Shown one piece after another: positions 27,975 to 37,355 of a DNA stretch of 64,000 nucleotides. Each line of letters starts with the position of its first letter. Position 1 is the stretch's first letter. The translations under genes and the position numbers were made by a program. Below the pieces are notes generated by a model. That model saw nothing but the letters and a program-made list of their open reading frames with translations, was not told the origin of the DNA and did no database searches. Source of the DNA: Patescibacteria group bacterium (GTDB taxonomy: Bacteria; Patescibacteriota; Microgenomatia; JAMCZE01); assembly GCA_023380635.1 (NCBI GenBank), contig JAMCRP010000001.1:469200-533199 (forward strand), in the 5' to 3' direction.

Positions 27975-29156
27975 ATGTGCAAGGCAGTTGCTATTTTTCT
28001 CTGCGGCTTCGTTGTTTTTCTTCTTTTTGCGCCAAAACCGGCCTTGGCCCAAGGCTACGAATTGCTACCGGCAGGGCAGAGTATTGATTCTGATTATTTC
28101 CGCACCGGCCAAACAGTACAGATTGACGGGGATATTCATGGAGACGCCTTTCTGGCCGGCGGGGTGGTGACGGTAAACGGCAAAATCGACGGGGACTTGT
28201 TTGTTCTTGGAGGCAAAGTTAATGTAAATGGGGAAGTGGGTAACAGCATTCGTGTAGTTGGCGGGGATGTCACTATTAATGCCCCGGTCAGCCGGAACAC
28301 CTTGTTAATTTGTGGAAATTGTAGTGTCACTAAACAGTCAACTATCGGTGGTAGTTTATTAGTAACTGCAGCTAATCTGGAACTATCCGCTGCGCAAATT
28401 GGTCGTGGCTTCCGTTTTTTTGGCAGCCGACTTTATTTAAACTCGCCGATTAATAATGAAGCGTATGTGGTTGCCAATCGGGAATTTTTGCTCGGCCCCC
28501 AGGCTTCCATTTCCAGCAGCTTAAAATACACCGGAAACTCCGAAGCCGTTCTGGAACCAGGAGCCACGATCGCCGGAAATATTTCTTATCAGAAAGAAAA
28601 CCCGGATACCAATTACCCGCGCTTTTTCGGAGCCCGGACCTTGTTGTCGTCTTATCAGAGAATTAAGCCGATTACGGAAGTTTTGGGTTTTGTGGTTTCT
28701 GCTTTAATCGGCTTTTTGCTTCTGGGGCTTTTTCCCCGGATTTTTGAAAAAACAGTCATGGCTATGGAAAACCGGCCGGCCGCTTCTTTTGGCTGGGGAA
28801 TAATTATCGCTTTAATGGCGCCGCTGGTTGTGGTTTTGTTTGCCATTACAATTGTAGGAATTCCAGTATCGCTGGTGCTTCTTCTGGTCGGTTCGCTGGC
28901 CTGGGTCGGGGCTCAATATTTAACGGCTTTCTTTATTGGCCGGAAGATAATGCTACCGCGGTTTGGCGAAAGACGGGGTTGGGCTTTGCTTTTGGGGTTG
29001 TTTTTGATCGCGCTTTTGGGATTAATTCCCATTGCCGGAGCCTTAGTTAAGATGCTTCTGGTGGTTTTTGCTCTGGGAGCAGCCGTTTTGGCCTACAAGC
29101 AACCGGTGATTATTGAACCCCGGCTGTTGGGGCACCGGCGAAAGTCAAGGTCTTAA
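27975..29156 (+). CDS. Bactofilin/CcmA-like beta-helix repeat protein with signal peptide and C-terminal multi-TM domain
   Basis: Repeated G.V.VNG.IDGD.F..GG.V.VNG beta-helix units; four C-terminal TM helices. Confidence 0.5.
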   Translation: MCKAVAIFLCGFVVFLLFAPKPALAQGYELLPAGQSIDSDYFRTGQTVQIDGDIHGDAFLAGGVVTVNGKIDGDLFVLGGKVNVNGEVGNSIRVVGGDVTINAPVSRNTLLICGNCSVTKQSTIGGSLLVTAANLELSAAQIGRGFRFFGSRLYLNSPINNEAYVVANREFLLGPQASISSSLKYTGNSEAVLEPGATIAGNISYQKENPDTNYPRFFGARTLLSSYQRIKPITEVLGFVVSALIGFLLLGLFPRIFEKTVMAMENRPAASFGWGIIIALMAPLVVVLFAITIVGIPVSLVLLLVGSLAWVGAQYLTAFFIGRKIMLPRFGERRGWALLLGLFLIALLGLIPIAGALVKMLLVVFALGAAVLAYKQPVIIEPRLLGHRRKSRS

Positions 29157-29739
29157 GGTTAACGGTTAAACCGTTATTGGTCTTCACTAAAACTCTCAGG
29201 ACGAATCCGGCCGGGTTTGTGTCGTAAACACAAGCGGTGCCGGAACAGGTACCAAGGGGGATGGCCTTGCGGGTGAAAGGCGCCGAAAAGCTGCCTTTAA
29301 CCAGGCGGGGGATATTGGGGTCGGCAGTATAGCTTAGGGAATAATCCATTCCGGTTACCAAATTTAAATCTGCTCCAGCAAAATCCACATACAAATTTTT
29401 CAGATCAAAACTAAAAGTTGGAGTAATGTCCACGTTTCCAGTGCCGGTTACCGTCCAGCCGGTGCTGGTAGTGGTTGAGGCCGGAGTGGCCGCCGGAGTG
29501 GCCGCCGGTGCCGGGCGGTTAGTTAGAGTAGTCGGGGCTGCGCTGGGAGTACTGGTTTTTGCCGGAGCCCCAGGCGGAGCCAGTTTGACGACGGTTGTCG
29601 GCGGAGTGGGTTCAGACTCGCTGGCTTTAGACAAAATAGAACGGGTGACGGCTACGCCGGTAGCAATAACCCCTCCGGCAGCTACGATGATGACGACGAT
29701 TAAAATTATTTTCCTGGCTTGCGGCGTAATTTCCACCAC
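29110..29739 (-). CDS. Hypothetical secreted Pro/Thr/Ala-rich protein
   Basis: N-terminal TM/signal segment, a PT-rich linker and a beta-rich C-terminal domain. Confidence 0.4.
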   Translation of the reverse strand: MVEITPQARKIILIVVIIVAAGGVIATGVAVTRSILSKASESEPTPPTTVVKLAPPGAPAKTSTPSAAPTTLTNRPAPAATPAATPASTTTSTGWTVTGTGNVDITPTFSFDLKNLYVDFAGADLNLVTGMDYSLSYTADPNIPRLVKGSFSAPFTRKAIPLGTCSGTACVYDTNPAGFVLRVLVKTNNGLTVNLKTLTFAGAPTAGVQ

Positions 29740-29743
29740 CTCT

Positions 29744-30724
29744 TTAGATTAAATCAAGGGCAGGGTTGGCGTCAACTTGTTGCCACGGAGCTGTCTTTTG
29801 GTTGAAGTAGGCAGCCGACGCAATGTAAGCGGCGTTATCAGTACAAAGTTGTATTGGCGGTACATGAAGAGTAACCGTAGTCGGTAGTCTGTAGACAGTA
29901 GATTGTAACTTTTCTCGTAGTCGTTTATTGGCGGCCACGCCGCCGGCCAGGAGAACACTTTTTACCTGATATTTTTCCGCTGCTTGCAAGGTTTTTCTAA
30001 CCAGAACATCGGTAACGGCTTCCTGAAGTTCGTAAGCAATTTCTTTAGAGTTTGGTGTCAAGCGGGAAGCGTAAAGAGAAGAAACCGCGGTTTTTAAGCC
30101 GCTAAAGCTAAAATCTAAATTTTTCTCGTTAATCATTGGCCTGGGTAACTTGACGCTTAACGCTTGACGCTTAACGCTTTCGGCTGCTTTTTCAACGGCT
30201 GGTCCGCCGGGATAACCGAGGTCAAGCAGTCTGGCACACTTATCAAAACATTCTCCGGCAGCGTCATCCCGGGTGCCCCCAAGATATTTAATGTTGCTGT
30301 GATCTCGCATAAGGATTAATTCGCTGTGCCCTCCGCTAACCAGTAACACCATTGCGGGTAAAACCGGGGGAGTCCCCGTCAGCCAATTAGCGTAAATGTG
30401 GCCAATAAGATGGTTGACAGGAATAAGGGGCTTTTTCCAGGCCAGAGCCAAGGCCTTAGCGGTTTCCACACCAACAAGTAGACTGCCAATCAGTCCGGGA
30501 CCAATAGTTACTGCGATCGCATCAAAATCAGTAATCATGGCTTCTTTTAAAACAGGAATCATTGAAGCCAATTGTTCCCGGGCTGCTTGTTCCGGAATAA
30601 TCCCGCCAAACTTAGCATGCATGGCCTGAGAACTGGCTACCACATTAGAAACTATCTTGGTTCCATCTTCAACAATAGCTGCCGCCGTTTCGTCACAGGA
30701 AGTTTCAATCCCTAATATGCGCAT
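29744..30724 (-). CDS. tsaD: tRNA N6-adenosine threonylcarbamoyltransferase TsaD
   Basis: MRILGIETSCDETAAAIV N-terminus, FSFSGLKT and HxxH-family pattern. Confidence 0.9.
   Translation of the reverse strand: MRILGIETSCDETAAAIVEDGTKIVSNVVASSQAMHAKFGGIIPEQAAREQLASMIPVLKEAMITDFDAIAVTIGPGLIGSLLVGVETAKALALAWKKPLIPVNHLIGHIYANWLTGTPPVLPAMVLLVSGGHSELILMRDHSNIKYLGGTRDDAAGECFDKCARLLDLGYPGGPAVEKAAESVKRQALSVKLPRPMINEKNLDFSFSGLKTAVSSLYASRLTPNSKEIAYELQEAVTDVLVRKTLQAAEKYQVKSVLLAGGVAANKRLREKLQSTVYRLPTTVTLHVPPIQLCTDNAAYIASAAYFNQKTAPWQQVDANPALDLI
30149..30180 (-). repeat. 7-nt tandem repeat x4 (ACGCTTN) inside tsaD
   Basis: acgctta acgcttg acgctta acgcttt on the plus strand; it encodes the SVKRQALSVK duplication in a TsaD loop. 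Confidence 0.55.
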
Positions 30725-30971
30725 AACATTGCTATAATATCAGATGTGGTTAATGAAAAGGCAAGGGAACTGGTAAACAAGGCTGATGATCTTGCTAATG
30801 ACAGCGCTTTGCGCATTGCTCGTGGATTGGCAGCCAGAAAGATATTTTTTAACGAAAATGTTGAGGAAAGAATAGAAGAATTAGAAAGACTAGCTGGCCA
30901 AGAACACGATGGCATAGCGTCTAAAATTCTAATATCTTACAAAAATATAGTAGAAGACCTTAAACCTAAAA

Positions 30972-32435
30972 CTAATTAGTTTTCGTACCCCGCAAGTATC
31001 TAGCAGGCCAAGGAACATAATCTGACCAAACTGTTTCGTTAATTAGAGTTTGCCCGCTGCGGGTGACCAGTCTTTTAAAGTAAACTTTTGCCCCATAGTG
31101 GGCTGTGTCAACCTGAGTAACAACGCCTACCGGCTTAGTTGGGTCGTCTTCATAAATCGGCGCCGGCGGGGGAGCGGTCGAAACAATCACTGGGCCGGTA
31201 ATATTTACTACTCGGTTATCCGAGGTCCCGAAAAGATCAAAAGTTAATTTTTTATTGGCTTCATCAAAGGTAGTTTGAATTAAAATCCAACCGTTAGTAT
31301 CGTTTTTAAACCTAAAGTCTGGATCGGGAGGGTAAACCGTTGCATCCAGGCCGGGCAAAAAGCCGCCCTGTTCATAATAGCCGACCCGGTATGAATGGGC
31401 GGTGCGGGCGATCACTGGTAACCCTGCGTTTAAAACCGCCCGGTATAAAGTCGTCGACACTTGGCAAACGCCACCGCCGTCATCCAAAACGGTTTTTCCC
31501 TCTTTAATGGAGTAGGCCTTCGCAAAGCCAAAAACGGCTGAAACCGTGCCAATCGCCTGATCAAATGAAAAAGTTTCCCCGGGGGCTACCAAGCTGCCGT
31601 TAATTTTACTGGCGCCCAGAGAAATGTTATAAACGCGGCCGGGGATGGAATCATAAAAATAGGATTCGCCCCGTCCCAAGAGGGTTTTAATGCCCAGACT
31701 ATCGGCTGTCGAGGAATTGACTGAAGGGTAGATTACCTGGGTCGGCAGAATATAAGTAGCTGTAGTCGGCTGCCTGTAGTCAGCAGACTTCTTGGCGGCG
31801 GCCAAAATGGTTTCCTTAATTTTTTCCCGGTCGATACTTAGCCCGTTTTCGGAAGGGCGGAAAGCGGTGACGCGGCCCCGGCGGTCCGGTCCGCTATTGG
31901 GCACAAACTGATAAACCGCGTCGACGGCCACTTTTTCGATCTTGGGCGCTACCGTGTCAATTTTTTGGTCGAGAGGTTTTTCGTCGAAATTAACTTCAAA
32001 GGGTAAATTAATCTGGTTTTGCCAGGCGGCGACAATCTGCAGGAAATTGTAATAAGGGTTGGGGGTTTGCCGGCCGATAGAAAAAGCCCGTCTGGCCATA
32101 AGGCCGGTGTCGGGACGAAGGTTTAATTCTTTACCGGTAGCCGACACGGTTGCTTTGGGGTCAGAAAAAACAAAACTCAAGCTGTTTAAAGAGTTCGCGT
32201 ATCTTAAGCTTAATTCTTTCTCCAGTTCCGGTTCGGATTTGCCGGATACTTCCACTCCGGCCACTCTGACACCGGGATAAACTTTGTTTTTAAAAGTGGC
32301 GGCAAAGACCAAATATAAAGCGGCGCTTATGCTTAAAGCGGTTACCGTGGCGCCCAGCAGAAAAAAGAAGGTTGTCTTTAAAAAAGCGCGCGTCCGGTGC
32401 ATAATGATGGTAATCATTGTAGCAAAGATGGACAC
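30972..32435 (-). CDS. VanW family protein
   Basis: N-terminal TM, middle PG-binding-like region and C-terminal VanW pattern (GYYEQGGFLPGLDATVY). Confidence 0.6.
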   Translation of the reverse strand: MSIFATMITIIMHRTRAFLKTTFFFLLGATVTALSISAALYLVFAATFKNKVYPGVRVAGVEVSGKSEPELEKELSLRYANSLNSLSFVFSDPKATVSATGKELNLRPDTGLMARRAFSIGRQTPNPYYNFLQIVAAWQNQINLPFEVNFDEKPLDQKIDTVAPKIEKVAVDAVYQFVPNSGPDRRGRVTAFRPSENGLSIDREKIKETILAAAKKSADYRQPTTATYILPTQVIYPSVNSSTADSLGIKTLLGRGESYFYDSIPGRVYNISLGASKINGSLVAPGETFSFDQAIGTVSAVFGFAKAYSIKEGKTVLDDGGGVCQVSTTLYRAVLNAGLPVIARTAHSYRVGYYEQGGFLPGLDATVYPPDPDFRFKNDTNGWILIQTTFDEANKKLTFDLFGTSDNRVVNITGPVIVSTAPPPAPIYEDDPTKPVGVVTQVDTAHYGAKVYFKRLVTRSGQTLINETVWSDYVPWPARYLRGTKTN

Positions 32436-33687
32436 TAAAAAAATCCTGCTTTTAGCCGGAGGAGTTTTGGCCGTTCTAATCGTCGCCCTGGTAGTGTTTC
32501 TCCTGACTTTCGTGCGCCGGGTCGGCCCGGTAACTTTAACCTACTGGGGTTTGTGGGAGCCGGAGGAGGTTTTTCAGGGAATAATTGCCGATTACGAGCG
32601 TCTCCATCCCAATGTCACCATTAAATATATTAAGCAATCACCGTTAAATTACCGCGACCGGGTGGTGACGGCTTTATCCGGTACCAACGGTCCGGATATT
32701 GTCCGGATTCACGATAGCTGGGTGCTTACTCTGGCTTCGGGCTTATCTCCAATGCCGGCCAATGTTTATTCCCAGGCTTCTTTTAAACAAACTTTTTATC
32801 CAGCGGCCGCTACTCTTTATCCTTACGCGATCCCCCTGGAAATTGACGATTTGGCCATGTATGTTAACGATGATATTTTGCGGGCCGGGGGGGTCAGTGT
32901 CCCAACCATTTGGGACGGCGACCAGGGGTTTATGGCGACAGCCAGGAAACTAACGGTCCGGGACAGCAGCGGCCGGATTAAAACTGCCGGAGCGGCTATG
33001 GGGACAGCTTCCAATGTTGACCAGTGGCAGGATATTGTGGGTTTAATGATGGCTCAGGCAGGCGATAACTTTAACGCTGAGGCTCTGAATTACTATGTGG
33101 CTTTTGCCACTTCCGAACATATGTGGGACGAAACCCTGGATAATTCCACTCTGGCTTTTGCCAACGGCCAGGTGGCGATGTATTTTGGCCCGTCATGGCG
33201 CTATTTTGACATTAAACAAATCAACCCGAACTTAAATTTCCATCTGGCCCCGGTACCCCAGTTGGCCGGGGGAGCGGCCGCTAATTATGCTTCCTTTTGG
33301 ACCGAAGCCGTTTCCAAGCGCAGTTCTCATCAAAAAGAAGCCTGGGACTTTCTCAAATACCTTTCCAGCAGAGAAGTCTTAACGAAGTTATATGCGGCTG
33401 AAACTAATGTCCGGGGTTTCGGGGAGCCTTATGCGCGAACCGATATGGCCGATCTGCTCTCTGCTGATCCCAATGTTGGCCCGTTTATCGCGGCTGCGCC
33501 GACAGCCAAGACCTGGTATCTCGCATCTAACACCGGCGACGGGGACACCGGCATCAACACCCGGATCGGCAAATACTATGCTGATGCCATAAACTCTATG
33601 CTCCAGGGCAATAACGCCTCTTCCGTCCTGCAGACAGTGCAGCAAGGGGTAACTCAGGTACTTTCACAATATGGTCTTACAAAATAA
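32428..33687 (+). CDS. ABC transporter extracellular solute-binding protein (family 1, sugar-type)
   Basis: TM/signal anchor then LTYWGLWEPEE...; about 420 aa periplasmic binding fold. Start at the internal ATG at 32428. Confidence 0.65.
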   Translation: MDTKKILLLAGGVLAVLIVALVVFLLTFVRRVGPVTLTYWGLWEPEEVFQGIIADYERLHPNVTIKYIKQSPLNYRDRVVTALSGTNGPDIVRIHDSWVLTLASGLSPMPANVYSQASFKQTFYPAAATLYPYAIPLEIDDLAMYVNDDILRAGGVSVPTIWDGDQGFMATARKLTVRDSSGRIKTAGAAMGTASNVDQWQDIVGLMMAQAGDNFNAEALNYYVAFATSEHMWDETLDNSTLAFANGQVAMYFGPSWRYFDIKQINPNLNFHLAPVPQLAGGAAANYASFWTEAVSKRSSHQKEAWDFLKYLSSREVLTKLYAAETNVRGFGEPYARTDMADLLSADPNVGPFIAAAPTAKTWYLASNTGDGDTGINTRIGKYYADAINSMLQGNNASSVLQTVQQGVTQVLSQYGLTK

Positions 33688-33807
33688 ATTCCAAACCACA
33701 AATTCCAAACAAACTCCAATTTTTAAAAATTCAAAACCCGTAGCTTGAGGACTTTGGAGTTTAGAACCTAAGACTTGTTTGGAGCTTGTGTTTGGAACCT
33801 GGAATTT
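33686..33807. repeat. Long imperfect hairpin built from AAATTCCAAAC-family repeats between convergent genes (probable bidirectional terminator)
   Basis: Arms AAATTCCA(33687-33694)/TGGAATTT(33800-33807), TTCCAAAC(33703-33710)/GTTTGGAA(33790-33797) and CTCCAA(33714-33719)/TTGGAG(33779-33784). Confidence 0.5.
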
Positions 33808-34799
33808 TATCGATCTGCTTCTTCTTTCCAATATTTTAGTAAATCCTTCCCGATAATGGCCAGAGCTGAGGTTACCGGAATGGCAAAAATAGCGCCCCAG
33901 ACGCCGGCCAGTTTGTAGCCGATTAAAAACGAAAGCAGGACAATAATCGGATGAATTTTCAAGGCTGTGCCCATGAGTTTTGGAGCCACAAGGTTGTAAA
34001 CCAGCTGGGCGGCCAAAATGACCACGATTACGGCAATAATCATTTTCTGAACCGAGACTGTCAGCCCGGCCAAAATTATCGGAATGACAAAGATTACTGA
34101 TCCCACGACCGGAATCATGGCCAAAATGCCGGAAAGAAGAGCAGTAGACAGGGCAAAGTTAATGTTGAGAATAACCAGAGTGAGTAGAGTAATTAGTCCC
34201 AGCAGCAAGCCCAAAACAACCTGAATCTGAATAAAGGAAGCAAAGGTCTGGTTTAGAGTTTTTTCTAGGAACAGGTAATCCTCTTCATATTCGTCGGGAA
34301 TAATATCCAGGAAAAACTTGGAAATTTCCTTGCGGGAGATCAAAAAGTAAAACGAGAGAATCAGAATCAAAAGTAAATTAGTCGCCGTGGTAGCGACTCC
34401 TGATGCCAGAACCAGAGAATTATTGGCGGTCGTGCTTAAGAAACTTTCGACCCGGGCAGACAAGAAAGAATTATCCGGCAGGTAAGCCGGAACCAGGGTG
34501 GCCAGCTGGGAAAACTGAGTGACCATTGTTGGTAACACAACAAGAACCAACAAAACCACACCGGCCGCTAAGGCCAGATAAGTAATAATAGCCGCGGCTA
34601 TTCGCGGTATCCCGCCGGAAGAAATTTTAACGACCAGTGGTTCAAGAATGAAAGCCAGAACCCAGGATAAAATTAGAAGGATAAACAAATCAGCAAAAAG
34701 GCCCAGGAAAGAGCTAAACAGACCCAACAAATGCCAGCCGAGAGTTATAATGCCAAGGATGGCCAAAATCCGCAGCTCTGGAAAGTCTTTAAACTTCAT
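33807..34799 (-). CDS. AI-2E family transporter (UPF0118/PerM-like)
   Basis: 330 aa with about 8 TM helices and the family-typical topology. Confidence 0.6.
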   Translation of the reverse strand: MKFKDFPELRILAILGIITLGWHLLGLFSSFLGLFADLFILLILSWVLAFILEPLVVKISSGGIPRIAAAIITYLALAAGVVLLVLVVLPTMVTQFSQLATLVPAYLPDNSFLSARVESFLSTTANNSLVLASGVATTATNLLLILILSFYFLISRKEISKFFLDIIPDEYEEDYLFLEKTLNQTFASFIQIQVVLGLLLGLITLLTLVILNINFALSTALLSGILAMIPVVGSVIFVIPIILAGLTVSVQKMIIAVIVVILAAQLVYNLVAPKLMGTALKIHPIIVLLSFLIGYKLAGVWGAIFAIPVTSALAIIGKDLLKYWKEEADR

Positions 34800-35607
34800 T
34801 AATTCTCATTATAGCCAACCCCGATCCGTTTTCAATCGGGGCCGGCTCGCTGCCGTTGTCTACGCTGACCTCTTTGGCTATCCGCTGACGGTTAAAGAAG
34901 CCAAACTTTGGGACATCCGCCAGGTCAGGGCAAAATATTCTTCGCAAAAAGAAAAAGAAGCGCTAAAAGTTACGGGGCTGCTAAAAAAAATCCCGACAGT
35001 GGCGGCAGTCTTTTTAACGGGGTCGGTGGCCGCGCAGAATGCCACTTCTAGGGCTGATATTGATTTAATGATCGTCACCCAGCCTAATACTTTATGGCTG
35101 ACGCGATTATTGGTATTTCCCTGGCTAAAACGGCGGTTTTGTCCCAACATTTTTCTCGATTTAAACCATTTGGAAATTAAGGATCAGAATTTGTTCACTG
35201 CCCATGAAATATTACAAGCAAAATGTTTATATGACCGGGACAAGGTAGAACGACGGTGGTTGAAGGTTAATTTGTGGACAAAGGAATACTTACCAGAGGC
35301 CTACAAAAATTCCAAATCCCGAATTCCAAATCCCAAACATGCTTTAAATTCAAAATCGCAAACCCCGAAATTTTGGAATTTTCCCAATTGGACATTGAAA
35401 TTTATTTGGAATTTGGTGCTTAGCGCCTGGAATTTATTTTTACTTATCCCGGAATTTTTTGCTTTTCTCTTTCAGTATTTGTATATGAAACCAAAAATGA
35501 CTCATGAACGGGTGGGTTGGGGCTTTGCTTTTTTTCACCCTTACAACTTATCAGAAATAGTGGTACAAAAGTTTGAGAAGAAATTGCTAAAATATACCCA
35601 CCTATGA
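34750..35607 (+). CDS. Nucleotidyltransferase-domain protein (Pol-beta superfamily)
   Basis: GS...(x)9..DIDLMIV motif (LTGSVAAQNATSRADIDLMIV). The start is uncertain; the ORF-track start at 34648 overlaps the divergent gene. Confidence 0.45.
   Translation: MPRMAKIRSSGKSLNFINSHYSQPRSVFNRGRLAAVVYADLFGYPLTVKEAKLWDIRQVRAKYSSQKEKEALKVTGLLKKIPTVAAVFLTGSVAAQNATSRADIDLMIVTQPNTLWLTRLLVFPWLKRRFCPNIFLDLNHLEIKDQNLFTAHEILQAKCLYDRDKVERRWLKVNLWTKEYLPEAYKNSKSRIPNPKHALNSKSQTPKFWNFPNWTLKFIWNLVLSAWNLFLLIPEFFAFLFQYLYMKPKMTHERVGWGFAFFHPYNLSEIVVQKFEKKLLKYTHL
34808..34841 (-). promoter_or_regulatory. Promoter-like TTGAAA-16-TATAAT (minus strand) overlapping a CCCCGAT/ATCGGGG hairpin; leaderless start for the AI-2E transporter gene
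   Basis: Reverse complement of 34830-34835 is TTGAAA and of 34808-34813 is TATAAT. Hairpin arms at 34819-34825 and 34835-34841. Confidence 0.35.
35305..35390 (+). repeat. AAATTCCAAA-family repeat with an internal inverted repeat, in frame inside the nucleotidyltransferase CDS
   Basis: AAAAATTCCAAATCCCGAATTCCAAATCCCAAAC ... GAAATTTTGGAATTTTCCCAATTGG; it encodes NSKSRIPNPK...KFWNFPNW. Confidence 0.5.
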
Positions 35608-37334
35608 AGAAGCTTCTTCTGGTAGTAACAATTCTCTTAACACTTTATGCTTTCCGCTCGACGCTGTCTTTTGCTGACGAGTGTAATTCCAGCTGTAATT
35701 CCGACTCCGAATGCAGTGCCAAAATTGCTGAATGTCAAAAACTTCTGGATATGTCCATCGCTGCTACCAAGCCACACGAACAGACGGTGCAGACCCTGGA
35801 AAAGGAGATTGCCGATATTGAAACTAACACCAAAGCGTTGGCAGCCCTAATTGAGAAAAAAAAGGAGCTGATTGACGCTGACGAGATTAAATTTACCAAA
35901 CAACAGCAAAGTCTGGACAGTCAAATTCGTGATTACTACAAGAAAAACTGGACTTCGCCCCTCGAATACTTTCTCGTTATGGCCTTAAGCGGGGACAATG
36001 TCGGTGACACTTTGCATAATCTGGCTTACCGGCAAACCTTGATTAATCAGGAAAAAAACACCATTACCACTTTGGTCATGGAGCTTTCCGATTTAAACTC
36101 CCAAAAACAGAAACTGGAGGACAACCAGACCTGGCTGGCGGCCAAACGGGCGGGCCTGGAAACAACTTTAGCGCCAATTAAAAAACTGGTTGCCGACGCT
36201 AAAGCCTACCAATCTCAGTTAAATCAAACAGTGGGAACTTTAAGCGCCCGTCAGCAGGAATTGTTGGCGGAAAAAACAGGAAACTTTTCCACCAGTGTCG
36301 GCGATGTACCGGACACCCAGGATGACAACTCATCAATTGATGGTTTTCGACGAAACGCCCCCGCGGGCTCTTTTGCCGGCTTTTCCTTCGGGGCACCGCA
36401 CCGCAAGGGAATGAGCCAATACGGTGCCTGGGGTCGGGCTAAATCCGGACAAAGCGCCGAAGATATTCTCCACGCCTACTACGGCGGGATCGAAATTAAA
36501 AAAGATTATTCCACTTCGATTAATATTTCTGTTCAGGGTTACGGAACATACAATATTGAGGACTATGTTAAAAGAATTTATGAGATGCCTTCTTCCTGGA
36601 CAGATAATAACCGGGCAGCCCTAATGGCTCAGGCGGTGGCGGCCCGGTCGTACGCTTTGGCCTACACGAATAACGGCAGCGGGTCAATTTGTGCCACGGA
36701 ATCCTGTCAGGTATTTCAGCCGAATGACAAGGGCGGAGACTGGGATGCGGCGGTGGACGCTACCCGAGGTTGGGTACTGGTGGCCAACGGCCAGCCGTTT
36801 TCCGCTTGGTATGCCGCTTCCGCCGGCGGTTATACTTATTCCTATTCTGCTCAGGGCTACTCAACGCCGGGCGGGTGGGATACCAAGTGCGGCAGTCAAT
36901 CCTGCTGGACCAACGACGCCTACGAAAAAATTGCCAATTCTCCCTGGTTTTATAAAGCCTGGTATAAACCCCGCTATAGCAGTGCCAGCCGTCCCAATGC
37001 CTGGCTCTCCGGCGATGAATTTACCGATATTGCCAATGCCGCGCTGCTTTACGAGAAAGACAGCAGTACTATGTCTCATCTTTCTCAGACGGACAAATCC
37101 AATCCGGATACCTGGTCGAGAGATCAGGTTAAAAATGAACTGCGCAACCGGGGCGTGACCCCTTTTGACAATGTGAGCAGCGTAAGCGTGTCGTATTCCA
37201 CCGGCGGCTATACAAACACAGTGACCATTAACGGTCATAATTTTGACGGTGGTAACTTCCGGCAAATTTTTAACATTCGCGCTCCGGGAGAAATCTGGCT
37301 AGCCAGCGCCCTGTTTAACATAGAACATAAGTAA
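35604..37334 (+). CDS. SpoIID/LytB-domain protein with signal peptide and coiled-coil region
   Basis: RSYALAYTNNGSGSICATESCQVFQP resembles the SpoIID/LytB catalytic motif. Cys-rich N-terminus and a long coiled coil. Confidence 0.55.
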   Translation: MKKLLLVVTILLTLYAFRSTLSFADECNSSCNSDSECSAKIAECQKLLDMSIAATKPHEQTVQTLEKEIADIETNTKALAALIEKKKELIDADEIKFTKQQQSLDSQIRDYYKKNWTSPLEYFLVMALSGDNVGDTLHNLAYRQTLINQEKNTITTLVMELSDLNSQKQKLEDNQTWLAAKRAGLETTLAPIKKLVADAKAYQSQLNQTVGTLSARQQELLAEKTGNFSTSVGDVPDTQDDNSSIDGFRRNAPAGSFAGFSFGAPHRKGMSQYGAWGRAKSGQSAEDILHAYYGGIEIKKDYSTSINISVQGYGTYNIEDYVKRIYEMPSSWTDNNRAALMAQAVAARSYALAYTNNGSGSICATESCQVFQPNDKGGDWDAAVDATRGWVLVANGQPFSAWYAASAGGYTYSYSAQGYSTPGGWDTKCGSQSCWTNDAYEKIANSPWFYKAWYKPRYSSASRPNAWLSGDEFTDIANAALLYEKDSSTMSHLSQTDKSNPDTWSRDQVKNELRNRGVTPFDNVSSVSVSYSTGGYTNTVTINGHNFDGGNFRQIFNIRAPGEIWLASALFNIEHK

Positions 37335-37355
37335 GCTGCCTGATATAATGGCGTA

